Shown here one piece after another: positions 18,326 to 27,253 of a DNA stretch of 34,140 nucleotides; the stretch's first letter is position 1, and each line of letters starts with the position of its first letter. The notes under the pieces are model-generated. The model worked only from the letters and a program-made list of their open reading frames with translations. It was not told where the DNA came from and made no database searches. The position numbers were made by a program, and so were the translations under genes. This DNA is from a bacterium. GTDB lineage: Bacteria > Desulfobacterota > DSWW01. Location: positions 1 through 34,140 of the forward strand of contig JBFLZG010000104.1 in assembly GCA_040756235.1 (NCBI GenBank). Direction: 5' to 3'.

Positions 18326-19147
18326 TCACGAGCCCGACAGGACACCTTGTCGTATCAGTCCCAGTTTTTCTAATGAGGTTGTCAAAGCTCCGCTGAAGCT
18401 TTCCTTGATGTCTTTCTCAACGGTCTTCATTTCTTCGCGTGATAGTTCACCAGCATTAAAACCGTCGAGCCAGAGCGTGAAATCGAGTACCTTTTCCGAA
18501 GCGGCCCTTCTGCTGCGTAATGTATCCATGGTACGGACGTCCTTAACAATAACCTCGGCGATGCAAAAAAGGCCCGTGATATTCGCAGTAAGAAAACTGC
18601 GGTGACAAACACCATACCCGAATACGAATTCTTCAGCACTCCCGGCGCAGGGATCGATATCCCCGGTCTTCACTATGACAATAAGTGTGTCGGCGCCGTC
18701 TGCGCTGGCAAGAGCTTGAAGTTCACCTTTGACATGATTGACTAAGTTCTCCGTTAATAAGTCTTTCGGCTTCTTTCGTGCTTTTGCATTTGCAAAATAT
18801 TTCTTGCGGAGCGCGTCCTGGCTTCCGGTAAGCTCGACGTACATGTAGCCACTATCGCTCGTGATCGCCTTCTTCACAATAGTGGTGGCGAAGTCATCCA
18901 TTTTCCAGTCCTCGACCGACTCGTAACTCTTGGAATTTGTGAGGACGGTCGTCCCCACGTGTTTGATCTGCATATCGTCGCCAAGTAGGGAAACCACCGC
19001 TATTCTTCTTATCAGATTTCGCTTCTCTGGCTCAATCGGCTGGAGGTGAGAGCAGCCATTGAACGTTGGCATTACAAGAAGGAGCAAAACAAAAATGGCA
19101 GTTGATCGCTGGGAGGATAACTCCGCACCTCGTCCGAGCAAGGTCAT
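18326..19147 (-). CDS. Hypothetical lipoprotein (cassette-like, lower GC)
   Basis: 273 aa ORF; hydrophobic stretch ending in lipobox-like FNGC. Confidence 0.7.
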   Translation of the reverse strand: MTLLGRGAELSSQRSTAIFVLLLLVMPTFNGCSHLQPIEPEKRNLIRRIAVVSLLGDDMQIKHVGTTVLTNSKSYESVEDWKMDDFATTIVKKAITSDSGYMYVELTGSQDALRKKYFANAKARKKPKDLLTENLVNHVKGELQALASADGADTLIVIVKTGDIDPCAGSAEEFVFGYGVCHRSFLTANITGLFCIAEVIVKDVRTMDTLRSRRAASEKVLDFTLWLDGFNAGELSREEMKTVEKDIKESFSGALTTSLEKLGLIRQGVLSGS

Positions 19148-19269
19148 TTCAAGTACCTCAATTCTCTCCCGCTGCCGGCTTCAGCGGCGGGTGAGGCCAG
19201 AGCTCTATTCACCCTTGCTGCGCCTTGATCCTTCCACTTCACCGTAAGGACGCCCCAATTAGCGAAGAG

Positions 19270-19350
19270 GCATAACGCACGTATCGCGTGCCGATATACC
19301 CCACTGGCACCGAAAGGGCGCCCACCGACAGGTGCATGCGATAGTTAAAC
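19270..19350 (-). other. attC site (appears chimeric)
   Basis: Minus strand R'' GTTTAAC 5 nt after the stop at 19356 and R' GTTATGC, 81 bp in total; the two inner halves do not pair in register. Confidence 0.7.
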
Positions 19351-19355
19351 GGCCA

Positions 19356-20238
19356 TCATTGGAACGTGACTGACCCATCCTCCGCGAATACAGGTTCGCC
19401 ACCCAAGTGAATTGATACATGGCCCCGCTCGAGTTTGTCCATCTTCTTGCCAGCGAACTTAACTTGCAGGAACGGGTGGAGAACCGAAGCGATAGCCCTA
19501 GCGAGGCTCTCGTCTGCGGGATTGATTTCGATTGTTATCGCAGGGAGTGTACCCTTGGAGAATGTCATACTTGAATTGGGCCGCTTTGCGGTTAGTCCGG
19601 CTCCTTTGAGGATTTCCACCAATTCGGCTGCAACTCTGTGGCGGCCGGTGTGGCCGGTCTCGACCTGGACCTCGACTGAGAGAAGACCAGATTGCGCGTT
19701 GGCTAAGGTCACCCGCAGCTCGCGTTGAACGGCCTCCCGAATTGGCTCACTCAAGGCTCGAAAGGTATCACGTGAGGCCAGCTCCCGAGTCTGCTTTTCC
19801 AACATTTGAGATCGCTGCTGAAGCGCCTGAACCTCATCTGCAAGGCGAACCAGTGCGGCAGATGATTCCAGTTGCGGGTATCGAGATGTCGCGACTTGCA
19901 CGATGGGCTTGATGGCTGTCTCGAGAGAGGAAAGCTTAGACTTCACTTCGTCCCTATCCCGTTGCGCCGATTCCTCTAGAGCCTCAGACGCCGCACGTGC
20001 CGTGTCGGCGTCTGACTTTCAGATCTTTGAGGATGTTCACCTGATCGGACATCTGTCGATCATCGTAAACCACGAGCCCGGCTGCAACTACTCCCGACAA
20101 GAAAATTGCCGCGATCATGATCCATCGAACCCGTTTGTGCGCACGGGTACGCTTGTCGCGCCAGCGGTAATCGAGTCCTATCTGCAAAAGGCTCGCTGCA
20201 GCAGTGAATGCGATCGCAGTGAGTTTGAGAATGAGCAC
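19356..20238 (-). pseudogene. Membrane-anchored coiled-coil hypothetical protein with +1 frameshift (gene cassette)
   Basis: GTG at 20238 after AGGAG; two TM segments; removing one base at 20017-20019 joins LKDLK to SDADTARAASEALEE..VKSKL, giving about 293 aa; attC-like sites on both sides. Confidence 0.75.
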
Positions 20239-20258
20239 GTCTTGCGGCTCCTGTGTCC

Positions 20259-20321
20259 GTTCAATGCGCCGGCTGAGCGGCGCAGCCGAAGGCCGCGTCC
20301 GACTCCTGCCGGTTCTTGAAC
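20259..20321 (-). other. attC site with mutated core triplets
   Basis: Minus strand GTTCAAG-AACCGGCAGGAGTCGGACGCGGCC-TTC-GGCTGCGCCGCTCAGCCGGCGC-ATTGAAC, 63 bp, 9 nt after the AIPR stop. Confidence 0.72.
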
Positions 20322-20330
20322 CGCACACAA

Positions 20331-22065
20331 TCAGTCAGCTGACCACCGCTGGGCCAAAGTGCTCGCAGGTACTTTGAAAAGTTCGAGAAGCGCCTGGCCG
20401 TTTGGAAAGCTCGGCAGCATGCCGGCAATCGTCCCGGCGACAAGCGTTTCGCCCTGGACGCTCGCGTTCGTCTTCAACCAGTTCTGCGGACTGAAAACCT
20501 TCCCGGCAACTTGGGCTTGGTTAAGGGCCGCCTGGAGCGCGTTCTCGAGGCAGTTGGCCGCCAATGGAAGGATTTCGCTAGACCTCTGTGCGACTTGTAA
20601 CGTCGCGCTCGGTTCCACAACAAGCGTGGGCTGCTTGTTGACCGCCGCAATAATAGACGAGACAGAAAAGAGGACGTGGAACTTGACATAGGCTCGCCCA
20701 GCCTTCAATACGTCGTTCAGGGCCAAGTTTGGCCACGCATCATCAATCGCGTTCAACCAAGTCTGAAGCGCGAGCATCGATGCTGGGTCATAGCCAGTAT
20801 GGAATAGGGTCTTGTAGTATTCGTCAAATAGCTTCTTCTCGTTGTATGAAATATTCGGCCTCTGACAGTGCCATGCCATTATCATTTTGGCAAGAAGAGC
20901 GGCGTCGATCGTCTTCCGAGCGTCCTTGTCGGCAGGCCGCTGTTCGCCGCGCTTCGTCATGAAGAAGCCGTCTGGATAGCGTGTCTCGAAGGCGCGTCTG
21001 AGACCTACCATAACTTTATCGTTACTTCGAAGATCACGGGGTTTCACCGCGCTCTGAGAATTCGTGTTGATGCTGATGCGGTCAGCTAGGGCGCGGTCGG
21101 GAATCTCGTAGAAGCGAAACAGGATGTGAGCCTCCTTTGCCTCAGGCGATCGGACCCGTTCAGATACGGAATAGATTGTCGACAACGATTGGCACCCGTT
21201 GACAACACTCAGACCCTTCATTGACAGGGTGCCCTTGCTAGCGTCGTAAGAAGCGGAATCACAGATCGCTGTAATGCCGTTGTGATAGTAGAAGAAGTCG
21301 CGCACGCGCTCACCATTGATAGTCGCCCGCATCGCCTTGTTAACCCTATTGTTGGCACCAAGAGACTGCCTCACGTTCTTCCTGAACAGCCTACCGTCGG
21401 TGATGCCGGGAAGTTTCAGGCATTCCCTGAGCGGCAGCACGGTGATAATCGTCTGAGTTGTGCCCAGCTGCGTCACAAGGGTCTTGGCTGGGTCAACGGC
21501 TACTGTATGCTCGAGCGATGGCAGTTCCTGTGCCTCGGCCTCCGCGAGCCGCGTTTCGAGGACCTCGTCGTCGACGAGTTGCAGGCTTGCAGCAAACTCG
21601 TCAAAATCCTCCAGCTTCTCTGAAAAGACCTTTAGATCTGCCTTGGCAGCGTCGGTCAGCGTTCCAGTGGTCAGAAGCTCAAACTCCACGCGGTACTCGT
21701 CATCGAGGGCACGGCGGACGGCTTCTAACTTCAGTCTCAGTTTCTCGTTGCAATCCCTGCTGCAAACTCTGGAGATCTTGCAGGCGCAACCAGGCACCGA
21801 GTACTTCACGAAGAGGTTCTGAGTCTACCTGAGCGCTGGAGACGAACTTCCCCTGTAGTATGACCACTCTTCTGTCTTCATCGTCGACGATGACAGCGTC
21901 CATCTGCTTATCGTTTTGGCCATCCGTGATGTCATCTCTTGTCGCGACGGGGTCACGGAGGAGAACACGGCGGAGATACCAGGCGACGAACCGCTCACCA
22001 TCGTTGCTGAAATTCTGCTGGTAGAATGGGTCGTTGATGATCTCTCGTTTGATCTGATCAAGCAT
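20331..22065 (-). pseudogene. AIPR family protein with N-terminal nuclease-like domain, +1 frameshift
   Basis: LFRKNVRQSLG, FFYYHNGIT, VVNGCQS, NTNSQSAVKPRDLRSND; N-terminal DGQNDKQMDA..ILQGKF; an extra base at 21755-21757 splits LQSLQQ from DCNEKL; merged length about 577 aa. Confidence 0.88.
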
Positions 22066-22154
22066 GAGACGCTCCTCGTCAAAATCTATTGTGCGTTTAT
22101 CAAGTTTGGAATGTAGTAGACATTCTCAAACCGGAAAGCGAGCTTGGCTGACAT

Positions 22155-22477
22155 TTATCCAAGCATAAATACATTGTCAAGCCCCTTCTTCCTTTGCTCA
22201 GCTGACAGTTGAGCCAAGAGGCAGAGGGTGTACTCGAAGGTGGGATAGACTGACAGGGCCGGTCAGCCTATTTTGGGGCGAAAAGCAAATGCGTGGAAGT
22301 TCGGTGGAGGTTTCATAAATCCGCCGGCGGACCTCGGTTCGGCTTTGCCTCCGCCTAAGAGACGGGCAGAAGCAAAAATGGCTGGTTGCTTTGACCGTTC
22401 CGGATCGCCGTCAGGACGGGACCCCGCCCACGTCCATATGCCACGCTTGAGATTATGTGCTCTCGGTGCTTCCTTCC
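22155..22477 (-). repeat. Non-coding module copy A with promoter-like end
   Basis: Aligns by eye with 26212-26534 and 28790-28831 plus 31849-32143; minus-strand TTGACA at 22180-22175 then GATAAA. Confidence 0.9.
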
Positions 22478-22705
22478 GCGTACACATTCCTTGCTCTCAG
22501 GGGTGCTGATGTCGCTGGAGAGATGCTCAGTAGGTCAAGCAGAGTATCGGCGGCCGAGACTTGCTGCTTCCCGGGGGGTCGAAACCGGCTCGCCGCGCAG
22601 CAGAATGCGGACACCGGAGTGGATCCCCACGGGGCTGATGTCTCGGTCATGAGATATGAGACCACACATTGCAGGCCATTATAGCTGTTCTGCTGCGGAT
22701 GAGAT

Positions 22706-22730
22706 TGAACCGCCCCGGGTCAACGAAGAC
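22706..22730. mobile_element. Orphan IS3-family-like terminal inverted repeat
   Basis: TGAACCGCCCCGGG..GAAGAC resembles IS6110/IS629-type ends; no partner IR or transposase seen. Confidence 0.5.
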
Positions 22731-23157
22731 GGTGGGTTCCAACCTTCTTGGAGCCGGATCTCTGGTCAAGGGAACTCAAGAGGAACGGGTCCCGTCTGAC
22801 CTACAAGGTCGATGAGACGGATCCTTTGAACCCCCGATCCGAGCATCCCACCCGCTTCATTACCTCCCTCGTGAATCCCATGAAGCGGTCTTGATCAAGC
22901 TTCCTCTTGGCGTCCCCGTCTGGCCGAGAACCGCCTTTACAGTTTTCCCTTCGAGTTCTACCCGCGATGGAGCCCCAAGCCGTGGAACATTGCTTCTTTC
23001 TCAGGCTGACCCTCATGCAGCCGACAGCCGCGTTTTTCTCTTTGACACATGATTCCGTTATTGCGTATCCTTTGCCTACCTGAAGCCAGCTTCGATTGCG
23101 CCGCATTGGACGTTTCAGGGGACTTGCTGAGTATCCCAGAAAAATGGAGGATCCCCC

Positions 23158-24828
23158 ATGATCTCGCCGGTTAGGAAGAACTGCGCGTTTTCGATGGTGA
23201 TGCTTCTTGTGGCGGCGGCCCCGGGCTGTGGCGGCGATTCCCCCGGGCCGGAGGCGCCCCCTCCGGCGACTGTCGAAGCCTCCATCGCCGTGGATGCCGG
23301 CGACGTTCTCGGGGCCGTCCACCCGCACGTTTACGGCCACTTCATCGAAAACCTCGGCCAGTGCATCTACGGCGGGATCTGGCAGGACAAGCCACAGGTC
23401 CCCACCGTGCACGGGGGAATCCGGGTGGACGTGCTGGAGATGCTTCGGCCGATCCGCCCGAGCGTGCTGCGGTGGCCCGGGGGATGCTTCTCCGACGGTT
23501 ACCACTGGACCGACGGGATCGGTCCCCTACGCCCGGTCCGGGTCAACCGCGCCTGGTGGCTCTTAAACCTTCTCGACCCGCGCATTGCACCCCTCGACCC
23601 GAACACCTTCGGCACCGACGAGTTCATCGCCTTCGTCCGGGAGCTCGGGGCGGAGCCCTACCTGGCCGTGAACTTCGGCACCGGCACACCCGAGGAGGCG
23701 GCCGCATGGGTCGCCTACTGCAACGCCGACATCTCGGACACCACCTCGATCGGCGTCGACGCCCGCGGGGTCGACTGGCGGGACGCCGAACACTGGGCAC
23801 GCGAACGGCTCGCTCACACCGGGTCGGGCCCTTACGGCGTGCGGTACTGGGGGATCGGGAACGAGATCTACAGTTGGTTTGAGCTCGGCGGAACCGACTC
23901 CGTCTCCTACGCGCAGCGGCTCATCGAGTACCACGACAGGATGAAGGCGATCGACCCGGAGATCAAGTTGGTGGCCGTGGGCTACGACGAGGACTGGAAC
24001 GAGGACGTGCTGCAGATCGCCGGGGACAGCATCGAGTACCTGTCGGTCCACGCCTACTACCCGGATCCCTTTGAGAGCATCGGCAGGGGGGTGGTCGACA
24101 GCGAGCCCGACTACTACAGCCTCCTCGCCTCGCCCGGGGTCCTGGAGGGCAAGCTCGAGGATGTCGGCGGTACCATCGCCCGCGTCCTTGGGTCGAACGA
24201 CCGGGTGAAGATCGCCCTCGACGAGTGGAACCTCTGGTGGGACTTCAGGCAGCTCATCCACACCGAATACAGCCTGCGGGCCGGACTCTTCGCCGCTTCC
24301 GTGCTCGCGGTGCTCCAACGCCAGGCCGGGGTCCTGGGGATGGCCAGCCTGTCGGAGATGGTCAACACCATTGGCATGATCAACACCAGCGAGACCGACC
24401 TCTTCGCCACGCCGATCTACCATGCCTTCAAGCTCTACAGGGACCACGCCCTGGGCCTCATTGTGGCGTCGCGCGTAGAGTCGGAGACCTTCGAGAGTGA
24501 GCCTCTCGGCAACATCCCGGCCGCGACGGGGGTCCCATACCTAGAGTGCGCCGCAACGCGGGACGAGGCAGGGAACACGGTGTCGCTCATCGTGGTGAAT
24601 CGGCATTACGACCACGCGATCCGGACGAGCGTTGAAGTCCGGGGCCTTGCCCCGAAGATGGAACTGAGTGCTTGGGAGCTGAACGGCCCGGACCCCCACG
24701 CCAGGAACGACTTCGACCACAAGGACCGCGTCGGCATCACGAAGCTGGAGTCGAGGCGGGTCTCCCCGGTCTTCCAGTACACCTTTCCACCGCACTCCGT
24801 GACCGCCATGGTCCTCCTCGGACGTTAG
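23158..24828 (+). CDS. GH51 alpha-L-arabinofuranosidase family protein, probable lipoprotein
   Basis: YGHFIENLG.CIYGG, LRWPGGC, FGTDEF, YWGIGNE (acid/base), IALDEWN (nucleophile), FPPHSVT; lipobox-like AAPGC; GGAGG RBS. Confidence 0.93.
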   Translation: MISPVRKNCAFSMVMLLVAAAPGCGGDSPGPEAPPPATVEASIAVDAGDVLGAVHPHVYGHFIENLGQCIYGGIWQDKPQVPTVHGGIRVDVLEMLRPIRPSVLRWPGGCFSDGYHWTDGIGPLRPVRVNRAWWLLNLLDPRIAPLDPNTFGTDEFIAFVRELGAEPYLAVNFGTGTPEEAAAWVAYCNADISDTTSIGVDARGVDWRDAEHWARERLAHTGSGPYGVRYWGIGNEIYSWFELGGTDSVSYAQRLIEYHDRMKAIDPEIKLVAVGYDEDWNEDVLQIAGDSIEYLSVHAYYPDPFESIGRGVVDSEPDYYSLLASPGVLEGKLEDVGGTIARVLGSNDRVKIALDEWNLWWDFRQLIHTEYSLRAGLFAASVLAVLQRQAGVLGMASLSEMVNTIGMINTSETDLFATPIYHAFKLYRDHALGLIVASRVESETFESEPLGNIPAATGVPYLECAATRDEAGNTVSLIVVNRHYDHAIRTSVEVRGLAPKMELSAWELNGPDPHARNDFDHKDRVGITKLESRRVSPVFQYTFPPHSVTAMVLLGR

Positions 24829-25056
24829 GGCTGCGCCCGGGTGAGCCGCTGCTGCGGGAGTCCGCCTGAGAGCCGATGGTCGGAAAGCCGCTGCGGCGCA
24901 CCTAGCTGTAGCCCTCGGCGAAGTTCGGCCAGGGAGCAGCTTGGCCAGGTCTTTCGCCTTGCCGTGCTCGCCCCGGTCGTACAGCCCGGAGAGCTCCTCT
25001 CAGGTGTCAGGGGTGGACCTCCCGGCGGAATCCCTTATCACTTCCTCGCTCAAGCA

Positions 25057-25674
25057 TCAGCGGCGTGACCGCAGGAGACGTGCGCCCCACTCAGCGTAGT
25101 CCGGACAATACCCATCGATGAACTCTCGCATCTCAGACAACGGCAACCGACCCTTGGGAAGCGCCTTCCAGTCGTTGAGCACTTGCCCGAAATACTCCCC
25201 CGGCGCGTCCGCTGCCCACTGTTTATACTCGGTCGTTGATTCCTTGTCGAAATCATGGATGCCCTTCAGTATCCCTTGATAGTACAGGTTCACTTCCTTC
25301 AACATGGAAAGCTTGCGATATTTTTCTATTTCGTGCCGAAAAGGGTCCAATGCTTCGTCAAACATCTGCCACGCCGCATCGCCAGGATCAACATACCCAT
25401 CTCGGCGTTCGCCGGACCTATCCCAAACATCTTCGACATCCAAGAGTTCCAGCGCGCCCTTTACGTCCGCCGCCAACTCTTCAACGTCGACATTAGGTAA
25501 CAGTTCCTCTGCAATAGCGTCGATTTCTTGGGCCAACTTGTCATGGCGCTCAGCCAAGATCTTAAGAATCGACAAAGCGTCTGATCCCGTCAGTGATTCC
25601 AGAATCATTGGCTTCGGAGCCGTTCTTTTGTTTCGCAATCTCTTCTGCGCTCGCTTCTTCATCAAAAGGACCAT
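25057..25674 (-). CDS. Hypothetical protein (gene cassette)
   Basis: 205 aa helical acidic ORF starting just after the attC at 25721; lower GC than the GH51 gene. Confidence 0.75.
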   Translation of the reverse strand: MVLLMKKRAQKRLRNKRTAPKPMILESLTGSDALSILKILAERHDKLAQEIDAIAEELLPNVDVEELAADVKGALELLDVEDVWDRSGERRDGYVDPGDAAWQMFDEALDPFRHEIEKYRKLSMLKEVNLYYQGILKGIHDFDKESTTEYKQWAADAPGEYFGQVLNDWKALPKGRLPLSEMREFIDGYCPDYAEWGARLLRSRR

Positions 25675-25720
25675 GCGAAAGTCCGTCGATGGGCTGACTG
25701 CTACTACTCATCGTTCTTCG

Positions 25721-25810
25721 GGCTAACAACCAGCGTCAGCGGCGCGCCGGAACGATGCTAGTAAAGCAGGGCACCGCTGTCGGCGCGCCCTGTGCACGCC
25801 GAGGTTGGGC
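25721..25810 (-). other. attC site (near canonical)
   Basis: Minus strand R'' GCCCAAC 3 nt after the stop; GCGT(G)CA pairs with TGACGC leaving an extrahelical G; GGCGCGCCG pairs with CGGCGCGCC; R' GTTAGCC; 90 bp. Confidence 0.85.
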
Positions 25811-25813
25811 GAT

Positions 25814-26155
25814 TCACGGGAGTTTGGCGCCACATTTGTAGCAGAACTCAGCTCGAGAAAACGGGTTCTGCGTAAAGATGGTCCTTCCACAGGAATCGCA
25901 GAACCGCGTAGACCGAATATTCAGCATGGTTATCAGCGCCACCGCGGGGACCACCACGCACAGGACATGGGGCGGAGCACCCGCCAACCAGATGAAGCCG
26001 ACGAATGAAACTCCCGTAGCGACGATGAACGGCGTCCACACTTTGCGCTTTAGAGCCGCGTTCTTGTTAAAGGTGAAGAACCCGAACGATGCGACACAGA
26101 GCACAAGCCAGAACGCAAAGAAGATAGGAAATATTTCGCCCGGTCGGCCTGCCAT
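25814..26155 (-). CDS. Small membrane protein with C-terminal double zinc ribbon (gene cassette)
   Basis: Three hydrophobic segments, then FCDSCG...FCYKCGAKL. Confidence 0.8.
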   Translation of the reverse strand: MAGRPGEIFPIFFAFWLVLCVASFGFFTFNKNAALKRKVWTPFIVATGVSFVGFIWLAGAPPHVLCVVVPAVALITMLNIRSTRFCDSCGRTIFTQNPFSRAEFCYKCGAKLP

Positions 26156-26171
26156 GCATCAACCCTCTTCC

Positions 26172-26197
26172 GCGCAACAAGATACGAGATTGTGCGT
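26172..26197 (-). other. Putative attI-like site
   Basis: Minus strand ACGCACAAT..GTTGCGC; GTTGCGC matches 6/7 the complement of this cassette's R'' (GCCCAAC); ACGCACAAT also occurs at 22088-22096 after copy A. Confidence 0.5.
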
Positions 26198-26211
26198 CGG
26201 CGAGGAGAGAC

Positions 26212-26534
26212 TTATCCAAGCATAAGCGTCGTTGTCAAGCCCCTTTTTCCCTTGCTCACTGACAGAAGAGCCAAAAGGCAGAGGGTGTACTCGAGGTGGG
26301 ATAGACTGACAGGGCCGGTCAGCCTACTTCGGGCGAGAAGCAAATGCGCGGAAGTTCGGTTTGGGGGGTTCTTAAATCCACCGGCGGACCTCTGTTCGGT
26401 TTGGCTTCGGCCTAAAAACACGGGCAGAAACAAACATTGCTGGTTGCTTTGACCGTCCCGGATGGCCACCATAGCAGACCCCGCCCACGTTCATATGTCA
26501 CCCGTGAGACCTTGTCCTCCCGGCGTTTCCTTCC
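26212..26534 (-). repeat. Non-coding module copy B with promoter-like end
   Basis: Same blocks as copy A; minus-strand TTGACA at 26238-26233 then GATAAG 16 nt later. Confidence 0.9.
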
Positions 26535-26668
26535 CAGTATAGATAACTTGCTCCGGGCGTTTACGGCGAGGTACTCCTGCGATCTTAGTTGAATTTTGTT
26601 CCCCCCGGATCCTAATATCAAAACAGGTGCAACCCATGCGGTTCCGTCAGGAACAAAGGAGGCGTGCT

Positions 26669-26903
26669 ATGAAGGTCGAAAGAGCCGTTGACTACTGCCT
26701 TGCGTATCACAGAGCCAATTCGCGAAAGAAATACGGTGATTGGCTACGAATTCATCCTGCCGTAGTTTACCTCCGCCTTCTCGGATAGGGATCTCGCCTC
26801 CATCTCCTCCGAGGAAATCCTCGTCTTCTTGACGAAGTTCTGCGATGGCAGAAAGCAGGGCACCAAGCGAACGCGTTTTGCCTCGATGACAGCCTTCTTC
26901 AAT
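26669..26903 (+). pseudogene. N-terminal fragment of a tyrosine recombinase (not IntI-like)
   Basis: AAGGAGG RBS; MKVERAVDYCLAYHRANSRK, frameshift, then NTVIGYEFILP-stop-FTSAFSDRDLASISSEEILVFL..GRKQGTKRTRFASMTAFFN, resembling an integrase core-binding (SAM-like) domain; truncated. Confidence 0.65.
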
Positions 26904-27253
26904 CCGAGAACTTGGGCCCTCCCTGCAACCGACGAGGAACGCCTCGGCTCGGACACCAACCGAATGGCAGTTGCCGAGGCAGCCTTCCCAGCTTTGTCCA
27001 AGGATGGCAATATGCCCTCGTGGATTGTAGGCGCGCAGGGAAAACCCGATTCTCTTTGACAATTTGAGAGTACTTTCTTCTTCTGTTCATCCGCGTCGTT
27101 CAGGTTCCCATTACGCCTACGTCCCTCCGAGACCGTAAATGGCCATCCGCCGCTATGGGCCTACCCACAAAAGGAGGATCTTCGGGAAGAATTCAGTGTC
27201 AGGAGTCCTTGCTTAGGAAAATCAATAGTCAGAAGGAAAAAGAGTTTTTCCAT

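Noticed and set aside
22438..22509. MPRLRLCALGA as a decayed REP-associated Y1 transposase start
   Set aside because: The resemblance is faint, not kept in frame in copies B and C, and no HUH motif follows.
22801..23157. Coding potential upstream of GH51 (ORF 22801-23505)
   Set aside because: Partly antisense to GH51 with no recognisable motif; a small gene remnant cannot be excluded but is unsupported.
27170..27220. attC after the HEAT gene
   Set aside because: Only a small hairpin and a TCCTAAG half-site; no matching GTT box or long stem.
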